From the NCBI GenBank assembly GCA_013166835.1, contig JABLTI010000024.1, positions 1 through 31,448 on the forward strand: DNA of 31,448 nucleotides, in the 5' to 3' direction. A program made the position numbers and the translations under genes. Below, piece by piece: positions 27,129 to 31,448 of the stretch. The DNA is from Promethearchaeati archaeon. Lineage in GTDB: Archaea > Asgardarchaeota > Heimdallarchaeia > JABLTI01. Positions within the stretch are counted from its first letter, which is position 1. Every line of letters starts with the position of its first letter. The notes beneath the pieces were generated by a model. It searched no databases. It saw nothing but the letters and a program-made list of their open reading frames with translations, and was not told where the DNA came from.

Positions 27129-28688
27129 TTAGTTTCGATAGAATTCTTTTGTTTCCAAGTATTTAGCGATGTCTTGCTCTTCATCGTTAACTAAGACTTT
27201 CACGTGATTTTTGGCTAGTTGTAATTCATAGATATTTTTGTTCTTTTTGAGTTTACCAATACTTCTAAATCTTATGCTAATGTTGTCTGATAAGTTTGGT
27301 ATGTCAAATACACTAATAAACCGACGACATTTATCTCTAAAAGTGATTTCTGGATCAAGGTCATCTATGTCATCATCATCAAAAATGAAATCTATACAGA
27401 GACAACCATTCTCCATTCTCAATTCACAATTACAGAATTGATTAACGAATGTACGATATTGGTTTGCACGAGAGATTCTTGAAAATTCCTCAATTTCATC
27501 TACAAGTATGAGTTGAGAGGAGTAATCATCGAAATCACTAATTTGATATCCAGGACTTGTATGATCAGCCATTGCATTGAGAATTTTCATTTTACCATAG
27601 AGGGTAGCAAAATCCAAATCTTCTAAAGGTAAATCGTCAGGATTACTAAATGTTAAATCAATATTTGAAAATGAATTTACTAATTTCATAAGTAAATAAG
27701 AGCTCATTATTCCATGTTGATAGTATTCAAAATCATTAGCATATCGCAAAACATTCGACATTGATTTTTCAATTTTACCTTTCCCAACAAAGATTCTTCT
27801 TAACATAAATTTTTCTCTCTCATCAATCCCATCTAAATATTCTTTGAGTTCTTGTATCAATTGAGGGTCAGGTTCTTGGTCTCTTGCAATCATTTCAGTA
27901 ATTCTACCAATTCTATTATAAGGAACTGCTATTAATTGCAGTTCTTCGTATTCCATACCACTAGTATCAATGGACATGCTAATTTTATATGAAATCAATT
28001 CTACAAGATGCTCTATAAAAAATTGCTGGATATTTTCGTATTGAAAAGTGAATTTGCTAAATTCTGATATTGAGAAAAATGGTAGTACTTTTCCAATTGC
28101 GGTATTAATCTTATTTATTTTCTTTAAAGGATAACCCAAGTCGTGTGCAAGTGATATTACGCATCGAATTGCATCATCTAATTTGAGAATACCAATTATA
28201 TTATCTAAGTAATCATAGAAATCACCAAAAATGTTTGGTTGATCTAGTTCTAAGTAAAATTCTCTCTCTTTTGCTTTATTTTTTATTTGTCTCTCTTTAT
28301 TTACAAATAAAGATGAGAAAACCGGATTGTGAAAAATATATTCTCCTAAGAAATAAACCCATAAACAATGTAAAGTATGATCTCTATAAAATGATTCGGA
28401 AGCAAATATCAATTCTTCAAAATCAACGAATTGGTTAAAATATTCAAATAGCTGATCGAATCCTTGCTTGTCAGGATCAATGTAAACCATTGCTGCTTCA
28501 AATAGAACTTTCCAAAGCTCCTTTGCTGTTTTGATTTTATCATGAATGTCATCTTTTTTTTGCATTGCTTTGATATGCTTAATTACAAGTTTCTTAAGTT
28601 GTTTCTGATCAACTAGAAATTTGATCTGGTTTTCTTTAATTAATTGAAGATAAAAATCCATGACAGTGTTTTCAGTTATTAATGGCAT
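27129..28688 (-). CDS. HD-superfamily metal-dependent phosphohydrolase with large helical insert
   Basis: YRDHTLHCLWVY, SLAHDLGYP, QHGIMSS, MADH, LVDEIEEFSR. Confidence 0.75.
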   Translation of the reverse strand: MPLITENTVMDFYLQLIKENQIKFLVDQKQLKKLVIKHIKAMQKKDDIHDKIKTAKELWKVLFEAAMVYIDPDKQGFDQLFEYFNQFVDFEELIFASESFYRDHTLHCLWVYFLGEYIFHNPVFSSLFVNKERQIKNKAKEREFYLELDQPNIFGDFYDYLDNIIGILKLDDAIRCVISLAHDLGYPLKKINKINTAIGKVLPFFSISEFSKFTFQYENIQQFFIEHLVELISYKISMSIDTSGMEYEELQLIAVPYNRIGRITEMIARDQEPDPQLIQELKEYLDGIDEREKFMLRRIFVGKGKIEKSMSNVLRYANDFEYYQHGIMSSYLLMKLVNSFSNIDLTFSNPDDLPLEDLDFATLYGKMKILNAMADHTSPGYQISDFDDYSSQLILVDEIEEFSRISRANQYRTFVNQFCNCELRMENGCLCIDFIFDDDDIDDLDPEITFRDKCRRFISVFDIPNLSDNISIRFRSIGKLKKNKNIYELQLAKNHVKVLVNDEEQDIAKYLETKEFYRN

Positions 28689-28973
28689 TTTTTTCCCCCG
28701 AAAAAAATTTCATCTTGTAAGGTGTTTATAATATATATCTGTTAATGTCTAATTTCATTAGCTAATAATATATTTTTTCCAGAAATCTTTTTTTATATGG
28801 GTAAAAGATGAAAAAATAAGTGAAATCACATAAACTAAGATAAAGATTCACTATTCACAAATGCTCTTTCAAAACGTTTAATTATTACAACCACCATTCG
28901 TTTTAAAGGAAATACTCCGATTTAAATTAACAAATATTTAGCAGATTAATTTGCTTGGAGCGGGTAATTAATC

Positions 28974-29744
28974 ATGAGTGAAAAGAAGAAAACTACAAAA
29001 AAGAAAGAAGAATCAAAAGTGAAGAAAAAATCTACCGTTAAGAAAACTACTGCTAAAAAGGCAACCCCAAGCAAAAAGAAAACTGCTTCAAAACCAAAAA
29101 CTCTAAAGAAAGAAAAATTAGCAGAGGGCGTAGATGATTCCTTGTTATTAGATGGAATTTCATATATAGAACATAGTAAATTAGAATCTGCGTTAGAGTG
29201 CTTTGGTGATTTCTCTAAGCAATATCCAAAAAGTCATTTTGGATGGTACTATCTTGGTTATACTAAAATGCTTCAAAGCAAAAAGAAGGATGCTATAAAG
29301 AATTTCAAGAAAGCAACCAAAATAAACAAGGAATTCCTTCCAAGCATCTATTATGAAGGCTTATTAGAATTTGAAGAAAACAACTTCGAAACAGCACTGC
29401 AAATATTTGATAGAATAATGTTGAATTTCAACACTGATGTTATAAAAGAGAGTAATTTTAATATTCCTTATTTTGTAGCCATTTGCCATCACTATCTAGG
29501 AAATTTGCAAAGAGCTGAAGAATACTTTCTATTCGCATATAATCTCTCGCCTGATGATCCAGTTGTGCTTTACTATAAAGGATTCAATGAATTGGCTCTG
29601 AGAAATTATGATTTTGCTATGGAGACTTTCAAGAACTTATTGCATGTGGATGTAAACAATCAGAATTTCTGGGACCTTGTGAAAGGTTATAGTTATTATT
29701 ATCATAAACATGAAGATAAGAAGCAAGAGGAATCTGAGGAATAA
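28974..29744 (+). CDS. TPR protein with Lys-rich low-complexity N-terminal tail
   Basis: GWYYLGYTKMLQSKKKDAIKNFKKA, AEEYFLFAYNLSPDDPVVLYYKG; first ~48 aa rich in K/T/S/A. Confidence 0.85.
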   Translation: MSEKKKTTKKKEESKVKKKSTVKKTTAKKATPSKKKTASKPKTLKKEKLAEGVDDSLLLDGISYIEHSKLESALECFGDFSKQYPKSHFGWYYLGYTKMLQSKKKDAIKNFKKATKINKEFLPSIYYEGLLEFEENNFETALQIFDRIMLNFNTDVIKESNFNIPYFVAICHHYLGNLQRAEEYFLFAYNLSPDDPVVLYYKGFNELALRNYDFAMETFKNLLHVDVNNQNFWDLVKGYSYYYHKHEDKKQEESEE

Positions 29745-29809
29745 GAAACTTATTCACAGTTAACCTCTTTCCCACTTTAAGACTCGAGTGTGAAGAATCG
29801 GGTGATTGA

Positions 29810-30265
29810 ATGACAATAGATTTAGAGGAAATAAACACTCGAATAAATAGAGCATCAAGTAAACTCGTTTTTATAACAGGAGAGGAGGGAACAGAATACC
29901 AAAAAATCTCCTATCGAAGATTAGCAAAAAAAGAAAATTATTCCTATATTCTATTCAAAGAATTGTTGACTGCATTAACAACTATTGATGGTAAATTAGC
30001 CCAATTTCCCTCAATAAAAGATCAATTAATCGCTTTAACATCTGGATTTATAATAGAAGAAAAATCTATGGGGGTAATTATTGATAAATTCGATTTTGAC
30101 ATAATTAAAGAGGTGCATTTGCAATTAAGAATCTATCATGAATTCAAGAGTTATTTGAAAGATCCAACTGTAAAAGGAAAACTTGTCTTAGTTAATTATG
30201 GAAAACCTTTGAGAGATATGTTTGAATCCGATTTTATTAGAAAGTGCTCAATAGTTAGAATCTAG
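29810..30265 (+). CDS. Small hypothetical protein, probable degenerate P-loop NTPase fold
   Basis: LVFITGEEGTEYQ at the Walker A position (no GKT) and Walker B-like GVIID; GGTGA SD. Confidence 0.55.
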   Translation: MTIDLEEINTRINRASSKLVFITGEEGTEYQKISYRRLAKKENYSYILFKELLTALTTIDGKLAQFPSIKDQLIALTSGFIIEEKSMGVIIDKFDFDIIKEVHLQLRIYHEFKSYLKDPTVKGKLVLVNYGKPLRDMFESDFIRKCSIVRI

Positions 30266-30300
30266 AACGTGAAAATAAATTTTAATTTGGAGTGTTATTA

Positions 30301-31448
30301 ATGGATAAAAATGAAAACACTGCTACAGATTTTACGACAGAAGAAAAACTGATTCTAAAACTAATAAAAGGAGTTTCTAAAAAATATCATAATCAAATAA
30401 AATCACGATTAGAAGCAAAGAAGAAACAAAAAAATAAAAAGCAAAAGCTTCGTGAGAAATTCTTTGATAAGCAAAAGGATCGTAAAATTCCTCGAAGACA
30501 ACAGATAAAGCTACAATTATTTCCTGTAATGCTATCACAAGCAATAATTCAAGGCATACCACTTAGAGAGCCAAAAAGAAAGGAGAAAAGTAGAGAAGAA
30601 ATAACACCCTTGCTTTTTGAGGTTGAGAATAAGTTTCTAATAAAAAAAGATGTTATCATAAACCAACAGCATATAGAATTTAGTTTAGATATTCTCGAGT
30701 ATGTTCCCGACAAAGTATATCTCCAAAGGATTGATACTGATAATAGCAAAATGCTTGTAAAAATGTTTGTAGATTGGGGGTATCTAGATGAGAATCTTTT
30801 GCATTTATTCCTTAATTCAAAAAAAGAGGAAATTGCTATTTGTCAAATTGTAGTTCTAGATGAAGCAAGGAATTTAGTAGGAGTTTATCCATTAAGACAT
30901 ATTTCAAAATTGATTAGAGACAGGAGAGAATCTGCTAATTCTTTATTTATTGGGCAAATAACTAATTTAAAACCAAATACAGTATACAAATATCGAATTG
31001 AATGTTATCGAAAAGCAGACAAGAAATTATTTGCTGGTACAAGATTCTTTATTTTTAGAACCGCATTTAACCTTTCTCAGAAGAATAAACCTTTGTTCTT
31101 AACAGTAAGTTCCGATTTACATGCTGGACGAAAAGGCGGATTTATGCGTGGAAAAGTTCAAAGAAAAGTGATAAAAGGAAATGAGGATTTAGCAAGAGTT
31201 TTCTCAAGTGTCGCTGCTACTGAAAACCAAGTAACTTTTAATGAGGGGTACTCATTAGCAATAGCTACAGGTGATTTAACGGAAAATGCATCATATAGCG
31301 AATACTGGGCAGATTTATTCAAAAGATGTTCTGTTTTATGGAATCATGTACCTCTACTTACAAGTATAGGTAATCATGATTATTATTGTGGAGGAAAGAG
31401 AAAAGGAAACATGATAGGTGGGTTAGAAGAAGATTGCCGATATTGGCA
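30301..31448 (+). CDS. Metallophosphoesterase (calcineurin-like / purple acid phosphatase-type) with FN3-like domain, 3'-truncated by the window edge
   Basis: Not in the ORF track. Open from ATG 30301 (GGAG SD) to the window end: ITNLKPNTVYKYRI (FN3), SSDLH, TGDLTE, IGNHD. Confidence 0.88.
   Translation, partial: MDKNENTATDFTTEEKLILKLIKGVSKKYHNQIKSRLEAKKKQKNKKQKLREKFFDKQKDRKIPRRQQIKLQLFPVMLSQAIIQGIPLREPKRKEKSREEITPLLFEVENKFLIKKDVIINQQHIEFSLDILEYVPDKVYLQRIDTDNSKMLVKMFVDWGYLDENLLHLFLNSKKEEIAICQIVVLDEARNLVGVYPLRHISKLIRDRRESANSLFIGQITNLKPNTVYKYRIECYRKADKKLFAGTRFFIFRTAFNLSQKNKPLFLTVSSDLHAGRKGGFMRGKVQRKVIKGNEDLARVFSSVAATENQVTFNEGYSLAIATGDLTENASYSEYWADLFKRCSVLWNHVPLLTSIGNHDYYCGGKRKGNMIGGLEEDCRYW

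Noticed and set aside
1869-30749. Numerous short antisense or overlapping ORFs in the track (e.g. 1869..2141, 3285..3587, 10714..11055, 16777..17145, 30377..30562, 30549..30749)
   Set aside because: They are shadows of longer motif-bearing genes on the other strand or frame.
1-31448. CRISPR arrays, tRNA/rRNA genes, IS elements or integrases, selenoprotein TGA read-through
   Set aside because: No regularly spaced repeats, cloverleafs, GC-rich structural RNA tracts, transposase motifs or homology continuing in frame across a TGA were seen by eye.

Overview
AT-rich, gene-dense archaeal DNA, by eye about one-third GC. It is most likely an Asgard archaeon (inference from a stand-alone longin-like gene, a DUF4443/PH0730-like wHTH gene, TATA-box promoters, GGTGA/GGAG Shine-Dalgarno motifs, frequent TTG starts and several alpha-solenoid proteins). 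Metabolic and transport genes: a 5'-truncated D-2-hydroxyacid dehydrogenase, a SERCA-like P2A Ca2+-ATPase broken by a short deletion of the DGVND hinge motif, a korDABC-type 2-oxoacid:ferredoxin oxidoreductase operon, a HisC-like aminotransferase, a nitroreductase, a TetR gene divergent from a MacB/LolCDE-type ABC pair, a stand-alone HPPD-like VOC domain and pepT. Other genes: a polytopic-membrane/clan GH-A hydrolase + GNAT + GT4 trio, a Cys-tailed longin protein divergent from an orphan PAS/GAF histidine kinase, a four-TM protein with a claudin/PMP22-like pattern, HEAT/TPR repeat proteins, an HD-domain protein and a 3'-truncated FN3-metallophosphoesterase absent from the ORF track. I saw no rRNA, tRNA, CRISPR array or transposase. 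Best leads: the claudin-like tetraspan, the precise hinge deletion in the Ca2+ pump, the longin with a putative metal-binding tail, and a decayed surface-protein remnant abutting the pepT stop. All family calls are from motif recognition by eye; no searches were run.
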